Part shown: piece by piece, positions 1 to 11,262 of the stretch
How the letters are laid out: each line of letters starts with the position of its first letter
Position numbering within the stretch: the stretch's first letter is position 1
Assembly: GCA_039621445.1 (NCBI GenBank)
Contig: CP154954.1
Coordinates: 30,942,395-30,996,522, forward strand
Reading direction: 5' to 3'
Origin: Euglena gracilis
Taxonomy: Eukaryota
Length of the DNA: 54,128 nt
Position numbers and translations under genes: made by a program
Notes under the pieces: generated by a model
Databases searched by the model: none
Told to the model about the DNA's origin: nothing
Seen by the model: the letters and a program-made list of their open reading frames with translations, nothing else

Positions 1-2625
1 CCGCAGTGCAAAACGGAAACTTCTCAGCTGTTCCCGAGGCAATTGGGAGTGGGGATTCGGTACGGTGCGGAGACAGTGGGGCTTGCAGTGCAGGCTGCGA
101 TAGCCTCTCTGCCGGTTGATGGCGACTGGGTCGTTTTTCAGGCTGACGTTTCCAATGCCTTCAACACCGTTGACCGATCTGCCTTCCTACAAGCATCCCT
201 GGACCTGTGCCCGTCCCTATACAATTGGCTCCGATTTTCCTACGGGGAAGATGTCCCGCTTCTGTGCCAGGGCGAAGTGGTATGTCACAGCAGGACCGGC
301 GTCCATCAGGGGGACACCTGTGGGCCCATTGCCTTTGCCTTGGGTCTGCACCAGGCACTGCAACAGGCTTCGGCCGCCTTGCCTAACACGGTGTGGCAGG
401 CGTGGTACTTGGATGACGGAACTGTCATCGGCCCTGCCATTGATGTTTTGCCTTTCACAGCTTCTCTAGCCACGGCACTCGGCTCAGTTGGGCTCCGCCT
501 CAACCCCTCTAAATGCGCCCTGTGGGACCAGGTGTACCCTGTGCCACCCCGAAACCCCCAGCCCTTCAGATCCTCCCTCCCGAGCACCTTGCACAAAACT
601 TCCCAATCACTCCCTGGGGACCGGGAACTGGCATCCTGTGCCTTGGAGTGCCATGTGACTACCCCGGTGACAGCACCTTCTCCGACACTACCTGGGCCAA
701 GGCATCCGAAAAATTTCAAGCTACCATCTCGTGCCTCCAACAGCTGCCGGACCCCCAACTTCAACATTGTTTACTACGCAATTGTCTGGACGGCTGTCGC
801 GTGACACACCTGCTACGTCAAACAAACATTTCCTCTGGTACAGAGAGTGTGCAAATGATCTCAGATTCTATCCGGCGTGCGGCCTGTGACATTGTGGGAG
901 CACCCCTGTCTACCCTGCATTGGAACCAAATCACCTTGCCATGCAACAAGACGGGATGGGGTATCACAGACCCCTCGTTGGAAAGACCAGCTGCCCGTCT
1001 GGCTGCCTGCGTGGGTTTTTCCCAACGGGCGCCTGGCTTCAATATCCCTCCACTCTGGTGCTTGAAGCCGCTACCAGACACCATCCCTGTTGCCCAATTG
1101 GCTCGTGATATGGGCCCGCACGGCGAACCACTGGCTTCCTGGATCGCCAACCCTTCCTCCTTGGCTCATTCCACCCCAGATCATTCCACTCAATCGTGGT
1201 GGGCCGAACGTTTCCACGTCGTTCGCGTGGCAACCCTGGAGGAAGGTGCACCTCTTCGGGACATCGCCAGACTTCGTTGTCAGTCCTCTGCCTTCCTCCA
1301 GAATTGGATGACCGTCCTACCGTCCAGGTCGGTGAACACTGTCCTAGCACCGGACGAATACAGACTACTATTGCGCTTCTGGACCGGTTTGCCCCTTATC
1401 CCAACAACAGATATGCTTTTGTGCCCCCTGTGTGCTGAGGCGGTCGATCCGTTCGGTGACCACCTCCTGGCTTGCAGGAGGAATGGCATAACAGAAAGAC
1501 ACAACTGCGTTCGCGACGCCATCTTTGATCTCTGCCAACGCTCAGGCATCACCCTGCGCAAAGAACAGGGGTGTGAGGCTGGCACCCGTGACGCAGATCT
1601 CCTCCTCCCAGGGTTGACGTTTTTTTTGTTTTTTTAAAAAAAAACAAAAAACATGTTTTTTTAAAAAAACACAAAAAACATGTTTTTTTGAAAAAGCAAA
1701 AATTGACCTTTTTCCTTGTGAAATACCCATTTTTGAAGAAAATTTTTCGGGGGTGGTTCGGGTCACGGGGGGGGGGGTCACGAGGGGGGTAACGGGGGGA
1801 AGGGGGTCACGGGGGAACATCACATTTTCGGTGGCCAAATTAGGAATCACCAAAAACGAATTTTTTGGGGAAAATATTTTTTAGGCTCAAATTAGGAATC
1901 CCCAACCTAAAATTAGCATTTTGACACCAAATTCGACATCACCATTCCAAATTTGGCGAAATTTATGCCTTAAAATTAGGAATCAACCTGAATATTTTGT
2001 CAATTAAGCATCACAGGCCCTTTAATTTTTTTATGTGTGAAAATATTTCCAAATCTGTGTTTTCTGGTGCGAAAAATCATGCTTTCAACCCAAAAAAAAA
2101 CAAAAAAATGAATGTTGCAGAGATAAAAAAATGAACTTTTTTCTAAAAAAAAACATTGCAAAAAAATTTTCCCCCAAACCCTCCATGACGTTTTTTTTGT
2201 TTTTTTTAAAAAAACTTATTTTTTTAAAAAAACATGTTTTTTTGTTTCAAAAAAAACAAGCCGTCAACCTTGCCTCCTCCTGGGGTGGAACAAAGGGAAG
2301 CACCTCGCTGTGGATGTCACTATTGAACACCCGCTGGCCCCTTCACGGTGGCCTCTGAATTTGACCCGAGTTCAACGTACTTTACCAGATGCTGAAATGC
2401 ACAAACGATCCCAAGCTGAAGACCGGTGCGCCCGCCACCAATGGGAGTACATTGGGGCAGCCTTTAACCCCTGGGGATGCACGGGGCCAGCGGCCTCCAA
2501 ACTCTTGCGTGATGTCCTCCGCCTCGCGACCAACTCTTACTCTGGAACAGCCAAACAGCGAAAGTTTCAGGAATTGACTGAAAACTTGGCCATCACCCTG
2601 GCCTGTGCAGTAGCACGGCAGCCGG
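1..2625 (+). pseudogene. CRE/SLACS-clade non-LTR retrotransposon ORF (RT + CCHC + restriction-like endonuclease); 5' end outside the window, frameshifted near 525, split by a MITE at 1609-2272
   Basis: RT motifs QLGVG, QADVSNAFN, GVHQGD..GP, WYLDDG. After a 1-nt shift the 513 frame gives CPLC..DPFGDHLLAC and RHNCVRD. Removing the MITE restores RDADLLLLGWNKGKHLAVDVTIEHP...E..K (REL endonuclease). Confidence 0.9.
1609..2272. mobile_element. hAT-like MITE (664 bp)
   Basis: TIR CAGGGTTGACG...CGTCAACCTTG; 8-bp TSD CCTCCTCC at 1601-1608 and 2273-2280; excision restores the host reading frame. Confidence 0.9.
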
Positions 2626-3025
2626 TTGGCCGAAAGAACCACGGATCGCATGATCCTGACCTCGTAAGGCGACTATATCTCGTCACACCGCCCTCGAGGT
2701 GCCAGATCCCCACGCAAGCCATGCATGCACGCATGCACACCAAACACGTCACACCTCTCCCGCCACCCCCTCCTCTCCCCTCGCTTGGGCCTTGCCCTTG
2801 CCCTTACCTCATCACAACGCGGCTTTGTCTATAGCCTTGCACCTGAACACTCAAGATTTGTACCCTGAGAACCTGCTATGTACATTTCTCACCCTGACAG
2901 GACTTCGGCTCGGAGTGATCCTCCAGGCCGCGGGGTGCCTAATTACATGTCTTCTCTACATAACGGGACATATAACGGGGACATAACGGCTGCTGGGACA
3001 TAACGGGACACACCATCTTTGGGAA

Positions 3026-3882
3026 TTTCCAAAGGCAGTGCTTTGCCCGCTGAAGCGCGGTGGCAAAGCCCATTGGGCACAGGTGGGCCGCAAGGTCGCT
3101 GAGCGCGCCAAGTTGTACCTTCAACGGCCTGCCGTTGAAAGTTGGGAGGAATCCGCATTGCCTGACTTACCACCACCAGCCCTGCGAACTAGGTCCGCTT
3201 CTGCAAGGGAAGAAGCTTTGGATACCGAGCGAATGGTGAATCGTGTGAGCACTCTCGTTGGACACGGGGCGATCTCGAAGGCCTGCCGTGTGCTGACCTC
3301 TGATGGGGTTCGTGATTCTTCTGACCCAACCGTGATGGCACAACTTCAGGCCCTCCACCCCCATGAGGAGCCTCCCGGCTTTGGACCTTGGGATCCCTCC
3401 CACAAATTGCAGTTCCCCCGGGATGCCGAATCTCTACGCGAAAGGACGGTGGCCCTCCGCAAAGCTATCTGTTCTTTCCCAAAGGACTCCGCCGCAGGCC
3501 CTTCTGGCCTGCGGCCAGACCACCTTCGGAGCCTGCTCGCAGACCTCCCCGGATCCCAAGCGGAAGAGCTGTTGGAAACCTTGGATTTCTTTATTTGCAA
3601 CTGCATTTCAAAGGGTGTCCATCCTCACATGGCACCAATTCTTGCGTCTGCCACACTCACGCCGCTCAGGAAAGCGGCCCCCTCCCCAAGCAACGGTAAT
3701 GGCGCAATTGGAGAGGGAACCCGACCAATCGCCGCAGGGGAGTGCCTCAGACGCCTTGTGGCCAAGGTACTCATGCACCACCAAGCCATCACGCAGACCC
3801 TCAAAGACCTCAGTCCCATGCAATGCGGTGTAGGGGTCCGCAACGCCTGTAGCCTCACCGCAATTGGCCTGCAACAGATGAC
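3026..3882 (+). pseudogene. Second CRE-clade element, N-terminal half of RT region, truncated at a TA/CA microsatellite
   Basis: FPKAVLCPLKRGG, GAISKACRVL, LHP, SFPKDSAAGPSGLRPDHL, RPIAAGECLRRLVAK, QCGVG are typical CRE RT subdomains 0-2; similarity ends at about 3882. Confidence 0.85.
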
Positions 3883-3884
3883 TA

Positions 3885-4176
3885 TGTGTGTATTTAATAT
3901 GTATAAATAAATATATAAATAAATATATACAAGATATATATATGTATATATAGAGATTACATAAACACACACACACACACACATATATATATGTATATAT
4001 ATATATATTATATTTATATATTTATATACATGTATATATATGTATGTATATGTGTATATGTGTGTATATATGTTCATTAATTATTATATATATATATATT
4101 GTATATATTATACATTAATAAAATACACACACGCACACACACACACACATCACCAACACACACACACACACACACA

Positions 4177-4207
<31 letters not shown>

Positions 4208-4210
4208 CAT
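3885..4210. repeat. Compound (TA)n/(CA)n microsatellite
   Basis: Visible dinucleotide runs. Confidence 0.95.
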
Positions 4211-5938
4211 CCGGCGTGGTGGGTTAAAAATGTACCTTCCACATCGTCTCGAGGGGACTCATTGGGGCGTTCTATGCACAACATGTACAACACGGGTAGA
4301 GGTCAAGTTTCGTGTGCAAAAGTTGCAAACGGTAGATTGTGAGCGTGCTTGTTACAAAGGGCCAGGAAGTCAATCCGCGTGGGATGATCCGAAGGGCAGA
4401 CAAGGAACAAATGGCCCCCTTCCGTCAGAAGTTTGCGAAGGACGAGAGGAAGGAGCGAGAACGGAGGGTTGACCCAAATAGGGCGCGGCCTGCTCCAATC
4501 CTGGAGGAAGGCGTTCTGGTATTTATCCCAGAAGGCTGGGCATTGACTGTTGTGCGGCGCCGCAAAGGCGTCAATAATGGGGGGGGACGCAGGCGAAAGC
4601 GTTTGGACGGCGACACGGAACCACCCAGGTTCGAGCATGTAGTCATCCGTGAGAGGCAGTCCGGTATCGGAGGCTCCCACTGGGAGGAGGGGGGAATCTA
4701 GGCGGGTTGGGCCGTCGTGGTTTGAGTGACCCACTGGTGGTGGACACACGGGGGGATGGTACGGCGGTATCAACAGATACCCCTGCCCCGTCATAGGAAC
4801 CACCCGGGTCTGTACAGGGGGGTAGACGGCGTGATGTACATGGTCTACATTCGGGAGAGAGGGTTGGCCTTCTGGGCCAGGAGAGGCGGCAGGCGGGCTA
4901 TCGACAGGGGTGGCCAGGTGTTCCACGGTGCAGCAGGAAGTGTGAGTTGAAAGAAGGAGGAGAGTGTTCGGAAGGGAGGAGGCCTGAGGTAATTTGCACA
5001 AACAGAGCGTGCAGAGGAAGAATCTCCCTTCCGTTGGGCGGAAGAGAAAGTTTCCCCAGCGTCGCAGCCAAATTTGTGCTGCTACAAAATTTCTGTTCCG
5101 CGCGTAAATTCTTTTCCGCAGGCAGATGGTCCAAAAACGTGCGGATTGGCTACGCCAATGACTCAGGTACACCCCTTTGGGGACGTCGGGCTGAGAGGCT
5201 AACCAGCGTCGCAACGACGCGACGGTCAGGGGAACGCGCCGGCCGCCGAAGGACACCGACCCGGAAAAATCCCCCCATTCATTGGATGACACCGTGCCAG
5301 GTGAGAACAAAATCGGTGGAGACGGATCCCGGACACCCGATGAAGGTTGGTCCGAGAGGGATGGAGGACCCAGATAGCTTGTGGGGAAGCCATCCGGGTC
5401 CCCATCCCCCCCCCCCCCGGGCTCCGAGGCTGAGGGGACAGGACTCGGCGGGGGAGGGCAGGGCGGGTGCTCGCCCGAAGGCCAGGGCTGGTCCGGAAGC
5501 CGGGGGGAGGGCCGAAACTTGCACCGAAAAAACCGTGCAGTCTTCCGAGCCCTGGCCTTCCCACAGCAGTGCCTGCTGCCAAGTCTGTATGGGGATGGGC
5601 CCATACCGACTCGGCAGAGCCATCCCAGACCAGCTGCGGGGCACCACAACTTTAATCTGGGGCCCCCCTACCGGGCTGGGCAGGCCAGGTGTGGTGGAAG
5701 GGGGGGGGCCAGGGCAGGGGGGGGGGCCAGGGCAGGGGGGAGACCAGGAGGGGGAGGGGGCAGCTGAAAACCGCCCCCAGGGCGGTTGGGGCCAGAAAAC
5801 TGGGGAAGAGGGGGCTGAGGGGGGGTGTTGTCTCCAAGGCCTGTTTCTAAAAATGTCGCAAGATCTGTCAAAAGCAGATCTTGCGACATTTTTAGAAACA
5901 GGCCGAGGAGGACCAAACCCAGAAATTGGGACATTTGC
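4211..5938 (-). mobile_element. Copy 1 (5'-truncated) of an unclassified Dam-methyltransferase-encoding repeat
   Basis: Near-identical to 6142-6676 joined to 15009-16209. Confidence 0.75.
4303..5649 (-). CDS. ORF ending in a Dam-like N6-adenine DNA methyltransferase domain, preceded by a Cys/His cluster; true start uncertain
   Basis: DDYML...IDAFAAPHN (DAF 4564-4572), NAFLQDW, IWVNPPF (NPPF 4459-4470), LVCP; CTLC...H...C..H upstream. Confidence 0.75.
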   Translation of the reverse strand: MWCPAAGLGWLCRVGMGPSPYRLGSRHCCGKARARKTARFFRCKFRPSPRLPDQPWPSGEHPPCPPPPSPVPSASEPGGGGDGDPDGFPTSYLGPPSLSDQPSSGVRDPSPPILFSPGTVSSNEWGDFSGSVSFGGRRVPLTVASLRRWLASQPDVPKGVYLSHWRSQSARFWTICLRKRIYARNRNFVAAQIWLRRWGNFLFRPTEGRFFLCTLCLCKLPQASSLPNTLLLLSTHTSCCTVEHLATPVDSPPAASPGPEGQPSLPNVDHVHHAVYPPVQTRVVPMTGQGYLLIPPYHPPVCPPPVGHSNHDGPTRLDSPLLPVGASDTGLPLTDDYMLEPGWFRVAVQTLSPASPPIIDAFAAPHNSQCPAFWDKYQNAFLQDWSRPRPIWVNPPFSLLPLVLRKLLTEGGHLFLVCPSDHPTRIDFLALCNKHAHNLPFATFAHET

Positions 5939-6058
5939 TATATGTATATATATGTATGTATATGTGTATATATGTGTGGATATATGTTCATTAATTATTA
6001 TATATTGTATATATTATACATTAATAAAATACACACACGCACACACACACACACCACC

Positions 6059-6120
<62 letters not shown>

Positions 6121-6141
6121 ACACACACACACACACACACA
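5939..6141. repeat. Duplicated (TA)n/(CA)n microsatellite block
   Basis: Same sequence as ~4030-4210, including the unique spacer gttcattaattatt...cattaataaaatac. Confidence 0.9.
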
Positions 6142-7679
6142 TCCGGCGTGGTGGGTTAAAAATGTACCTTCCACATCGTCTCGAGGGGACTCATTGGGGC
6201 GTTCTATGCACAACATGTACAACACGGGTAGAGGTCAAGTTTCGTGTGCAAAAGTTGCAAACGGTGGATTGTGAGCGTGCTTGTTACAAAGGGCCAGGAA
6301 GTCAATCCGCGCGGGATGATCCGAAGGGCAGACAAGGAACAAATGGCCCCCTTCCGTCAAAAGTTTGCGAAGGACGAGAGGAAGGAGCGAGAACGGAGGG
6401 TTGACCCAAATAGGGCGCGGCCTGCTCCAATCCTGGAGGAAGGTGTTCTGGTATTTATCCCAGAAGGCTGGGCATTGACTGTTGTGCGGCGCCGCAAAGG
6501 CGTCAATAATGGGGGGGGACGCAGGCGAAAGCGTTTGGACGGCGACACGGAACCACCCAGGTTCGAGCATGTAGTCATCCGTGAGAGGCAGTCCGGTATC
6601 GGAGGCTCCCACTGGGAGGAGGGGGGAATCTAGGCGGGTTGGGCCGTCGTGGTTTGAGTGACCCACTGGTGGTGGACATAGGTGTAGGAACAATTTTTTC
6701 CCGGGGGGGGGGCGAGCCAAAAAAAATGTTCTTGGCACAACGAATGTCTATTTTTTTTCTGTCCTCCTGGCCCCGAAGGGGGCGAGACCATGGGTTTTTT
6801 TAGTCTTGGACCCCCTCCCCTGGGGGGTAGCAATGGCCAAAAGTTTTCAAAAGGCCCGAAATTTCAGTAAAGTGAAATTTGCACGGTTTTATTGCATTTT
6901 TCCATATTTTCATGAAATCTCAGAAAACTGAAATCTCAACAGTTTCAAAGCATTCGCGGCGATCGCGGACAGAAGGACTTCCTAATTGGGAGCAAAACTT
7001 TTGTTTTTGGTGTGCTCTCCCCTTGAAATTCGTTGTTTTTCTTTGTCTGGAACTCAGAATCGAACTATTTGAAGGATAAGGAATATATTGATGCAGTATT
7101 TATTGAACGTCGAAGCAGGTATGCCCCCTGAAGGTGACTTTTGAGGAATTGTTCTCCTGGTCTTTTCTGATGCATCTAGACCACTTTCAAAAATTTGCCA
7201 TTTTTTCCAAAATACGCTCCGCTGAGTGACAATTTTGAGTGCCACCCTCTTGTGTGGCAGGTCTTCTATTGTGCGTTCTGTTTTTCTATCATTTTCTGGC
7301 GGTCCATGTGGTTTTCTGGTGGTGTTTTACATGAAGGAACTTTTGCTTCCATTTCACAGAGAACACTTGCTGCAGCTCTGTCTTTGACCCGTTTTTTGGG
7401 AGTGTTTTCACCTGGCATTGTGTGCTTTTAATTTTAGGACATGTGGCTTCATTCTGGAATTTTGCCAGATTTGCCAATGTTCTTTTTTCCGTCCCATTTG
7501 TCCGTCATCCAGGTTGTGTTTCATGTGTGATTCTTCCACTCACAGGTTCCACGTGTGGAATGTGAAGTTAGTGTGAAGTTTTAGTCAAAGAAGGTACAAA
7601 AGAAGAAGAAGACGTGAAGATATTGGCAGCTCTTGTCAGAGTCCTGTGGTGTTTTCAGAAAAAACACAGGACTCTGTTG

Positions 7680-8983
7680 TTAAAACCGTTAACCGTTCAC
7701 GGGCTTCCCCACGTGAGGAAACGGGGTGCGTTCACGGGTGCGCACTACGGCACCCGTGAACGGACCCCGTTTTCACATATGCGCACCCGTGGTCGGTTCA
7801 CGGGTGCACAGACGGCAGCCGTGGACGGAATTTTGCCTTTAAAAAAGGGAAAAGATTTATGCAGTAGGGAAGAGGATTTGAAACAAATGGCGAACCTGGT
7901 GAACTTGAGGGGTGGGGGCAGGAATGCAAGAGGTGGCATAGGGAACTGACACGCGGCAAACTAAATTTCGGTGCGAGGCACATGCTCGCGATGCCTTTCG
8001 GCATGGTCAGAGGAACAACAGGACGGATAACTCAACGACAACCCTGACAAATCCACGCTTTTTTCGGCGCGCGACGCAGCTCAGCACACACAAAATGATA
8101 CGTTCAAAACTGTGAGCAACTCGTCCGCCTGCAAAACTGTGTTTGTCAACCCACCCTTGGCCTCCATTGCTTTTTTGGCCCTTTCGTGCGTGACGAGTGG
8201 CTTCATTAACGCATTGAACTGCAGGAACTGGGACACAGACGATGGTACAATGATGGCATAAACGGGAGCCAATGCCTTGTAAATGTTGCTTACAGCATTT
8301 ACATAGGTCCGAAAACTGGACACTGGCATGGAGCGAAGGCTCCCATCTTTTCCTACCTTCTCCTGCCTTGTCTGGACCCAGGCATCGGCTTCCTGCTGCG
8401 TCTTGAAAAGTTCACGAGCATCAACGCACCATCTGGCCCATCCCACCAAAACTTCGTCCAAAGAGCCAAAAACAACGCCATGCCGGTTGCAAACATCCAT
8501 ATACTCCAAAAAACACTTTACTGCGGCATGGTTCTTGGGGCCCAAGTCACAATTTTGACCACCGGTGGGGAGACTGCCTAAAAGGGCATCCACCGCAGCA
8601 GCTCCTAGGGAGCCGGCACCACGTAAAACAGCCAGAAATTCATCTACGTTGGGGGGGCGGGGCATCTGTGCTTCCATCATGTTGGCAAAACGCTTCATCG
8701 GACTGTGGGGAAAAGCAGCAGACAGACAGAAACACAAATGTTAAAAACCCAAAAAATTCAAATTCCGATCACGGGTAACACCTTGCGCAACCGTGGTCGG
8801 TTCACGGGTGCACGCACGGCAGCCGTGGACGGAAATTCCGTTCACGGGTGCGCACTACGGCACCCGTGAACGGCCAAAGTTCACCCGTGAACGCCAAAAA
8901 CGAGATTTTTGACCCCCTAGGCATCTCGTTAGGAAGCGCTTGCCTACTGCGAGGAAGCCCGTGAACTTGGTTAACGGTTTTAA
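7680..8983. mobile_element. TTAA-bounded element with terminal inverted repeats (possibly Crypton-like)
   Basis: TTAAAACCGTTAACCGTTCACGGGCTTCC ... GGAAGCCCGTGAACTTGGTTAACGGTTTTAA; hairpin GTTCACGGGTGCGCACTACGGCACCCGTGAAC near both ends (7730, 8840). Confidence 0.65.
8081..8737 (-). CDS. Hypothetical protein resembling the N-terminal core-binding part of a tyrosine recombinase
   Basis: 218-aa natural-looking ORF with SSFRTYVNAVSNIYK and VLQADELLTVL; no catalytic R-HxxR-Y seen. Confidence 0.4.
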   Translation of the reverse strand: MCFCLSAAFPHSPMKRFANMMEAQMPRPPNVDEFLAVLRGAGSLGAAAVDALLGSLPTGGQNCDLGPKNHAAVKCFLEYMDVCNRHGVVFGSLDEVLVGWARWCVDARELFKTQQEADAWVQTRQEKVGKDGSLRSMPVSSFRTYVNAVSNIYKALAPVYAIIVPSSVSQFLQFNALMKPLVTHERAKKAMEAKGGLTNTVLQADELLTVLNVSFCVC

Positions 8984-8986
8984 GAC

Positions 8987-9083
8987 AAAAGCGGGGTCCG
9001 ATCACGATTCCCGGTGGAGAAACGGGGGGCGCCTACGGCGCCCCCCGTTTCTCCACCGGGAATCGTGATCGGACCCCGCTTTT
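8987..9083. repeat. Perfect palindrome, 47-bp arms with 3-nt loop
   Basis: AAAAGCGGGGTCCGATCACGATTCCCGGTGGAGAAACGGGGGGCGCC-tac-exact reverse complement. Confidence 0.9.
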
Positions 9084-9972
9084 TCTTATAGTAAATTGCG
9101 CACTTTGTTTTTTGCTTTCTTTATTGGTTTTCTCTTTTGCTGTGTTTCCAGCCTTTATCTTCCTGAAATTTTTATCTGTCAAAAGGGTTTTCTTCTTGCA
9201 GCATGTTCTGAAAACTGGCACCCCCCCCCAAGTGTCAGGGCTGTACGGGAATCCCCTCAACCTGGGAGGTTCCAACCCCCCCCACCAGGGCTTTCCGTTT
9301 TCCTGGCGGCGCCAATTTTTAGTGCCGTGGTGAGCGGTGGGTTTGCCCCCCCCCCCGTACAGCCCAGCCAGTGGATTTCTGTTGAACAAACTTTTCGGAA
9401 GAAAAAGCTAGGATTTCAAGCTGGTGGCTTTGGGAAAGAAGATTGTTGTACCAAAGACCCCCTTTTTTTGAACACGACGGCTTCCGCGGGACTGCTTCCT
9501 AACTGCGAACGTAAGAATTTCTTACATCTAGGCAAGCAAAAAAGTTGTTAGCCCTTACTCCTTTTAAACGTTTTTTTCAAGAGCTAAAAAAGGCACTCGG
9601 CCAGCTCAATGAAGCAGTTCACTTCCGCAGGAAGCAAATATTCACAGTCAATGAAAATCGAACTTTTCATGGTTCACGAAATTACTTACACAAGCCGTGA
9701 AATTTCATGAAAATTACTTACGTGAAAGATTACGGCCTTTGCTACTGGGGGGGGGAGGGGGGTTGTGGGTGGGTCCCTTGGACCCCCTCCCCCCGGGGGG
9801 GGGGGGGGGGGGTTGGGGCTGGTGGGTATATCTTTTTTGGCGCCGAAAATTTTGAAAAGGGTGTTATTTTTGGCCATTTTCGGGCAAAGGTGGGTGGGTC
9901 CTCCGGGACCCTCGCACTCCCTCGAGGCAGACCGAGAAGGGAGGAAGGGACACCGAGGGCGAAGCACAAAGA

Positions 9973-10076
9973 CATTGTGAGGCCATGCCTTGCTCGCCGG
10001 CGGTTTGTTGTGTGATTGTTTTGGTGCGCTGGGTTAGGAGGTCCCGCTTAGTGCCTTTTTTCGCCGGAGTTGGCTG
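9973..10076. repeat. DIRS 3' inverted terminal repeat
   Basis: Reverse complement of 14125-14228. Confidence 0.95.
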
Positions 10077-11262
10077 CTTTGTCTCCGACGTGGCGACCGT
10101 GGCGCTGTTTCTTTGCCTGGGGGGGTCCCCCCCCACCTCCCCCCCCCTGGCCCCCATCTTCTGATCGAGGGCGTTTGAAGACAAATTTTCTTATATGGGT
10201 GGGGGGGTCGGGCTCACAATGTCTTTGTGCTTCGCCCTCGGTGTCCCTTCCTCCCTTCTCGGTCTGCCTCGAGGGAGTGCGAGACACCTCGGGCGCCGCA
10301 CTTTGCCATTGTGAGGCCAGATTGTGCACTGAAAAAAGGGGGGCCAGGGCACTCTCCAAAGCACCTTGTGCACCAAGTCTTTGGTAATGGGCTGTGAAAG
10401 CCTCTACCCCCTTCCACTGACCAATTTCACAAACTTCTTGAGCAGAAAGGCCCATTTTTTTGAGTAAACCAACTCCTGCCCCTCTGGTGGAGTGGGGTCC
10501 CCAAACCTGGGGGGGTACCCCCTGCTGGGCCAAAAAGTGTTTGGTTATCGAAGCAATGGTATCTGCCTTAATGGCTTTATAGGGGGGTTTTAACGTAATC
10601 AGAAGGGGGCCCCCAGGTTTCACCAGGAAACGTGTTGCTGTCACATAAGACATCATCAAACGAAAGGGACTGATTTGGGGGCACTGGGGAATAGAGACAA
10701 CTCTCTCCCACTTATGGAGTTTTTGCCCTTTACGTTTAATTTTGATGTAGGGTGCCCCCCCCAACACACTGGTGGTTCTTTGGACCTGTGCCAAATCAGA
10801 ACTTCTGTATAAACAGAGGATGCGTGAACAGAAAATGAGTTGTGTACGTAATGTACACATATCAGAGGGCAGGGGGGACTGTGCCAGCCCCAGGAGGATT
10901 GGGAGGGGATCCCAGAATGCACCATATTTCTCCAGGTTTTGGTTCCAAAGCCTTTTATAAGGTGCCAACATGGCATGGAACTTCAGGCCACCAAAGCCAG
11001 GGATCAAAAGCATAGCACTGTATGCATTGCGTGCTTGGGCCTTTGAAAATTGGAACAGTTGAATTAAAGCGTCAACCACTTGGTCAGTGGTGGCTTCAGG
11101 GGGGGGTACCCCCATTTTGTCCAAAATTACCCATAAAAGCGTAAAAGCGCTTTGATAACGCTTTAAGCTGGGGTTTCTTCCCAGGAAATCGTTAATGGTT
11201 GTATTTTGTATTTGTTTCCCCTCCAGAATTTGCCTGAGCAAATCATGCAAAGCAGGGGCCAC
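10048..11262 (-). CDS. DIRS tyrosine recombinase
   Basis: Catalytic set R (LYRSSDL), K, HSTR, W (GQWK), Y (AHYQR). Confidence 0.92.
   Translation of the reverse strand: MAPALHDLLRQILEGKQIQNTTINDFLGRNPSLKRYQSAFTLLWVILDKMGVPPPEATTDQVVDALIQLFQFSKAQARNAYSAMLLIPGFGGLKFHAMLAPYKRLWNQNLEKYGAFWDPLPILLGLAQSPLPSDMCTLRTQLIFCSRILCLYRSSDLAQVQRTTSVLGGAPYIKIKRKGQKLHKWERVVSIPQCPQISPFRLMMSYVTATRFLVKPGGPLLITLKPPYKAIKADTIASITKHFLAQQGVPPQVWGPHSTRGAGVGLLKKMGLSAQEVCEIGQWKGVEAFTAHYQRLGAQGALESALAPLFSVHNLASQWQSAAPEVSRTPSRQTEKGGRDTEGEAQRHCEPDPPTHIRKFVFKRPRSEDGGQGGGGGGGPPQAKKQRHGRHVGDKAANSGEKRH
10213..10319. repeat. DIRS internal complementary region (ICR)
   Basis: 10213-10283 is the reverse complement of 9911-9981; 10283-10319 is the reverse complement of 14216-14252 (1 mismatch). 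Confidence 0.9.

Noticed and set aside
3608-6404. ORFs with HT/YI/CV runs and the + strand 4947-6404 ORF
   Set aside because: Microsatellite translations or antisense shadows of the minus-strand ORF.
6745-6759. Partial SL match TGTCTATTTTTTTTC
   Set aside because: Only 15 nt, mostly poly-T, with no downstream ORF; could be chance.
6840-7670. hAT transposase remnant
   Set aside because: No recognisable motifs; only short ORFs.
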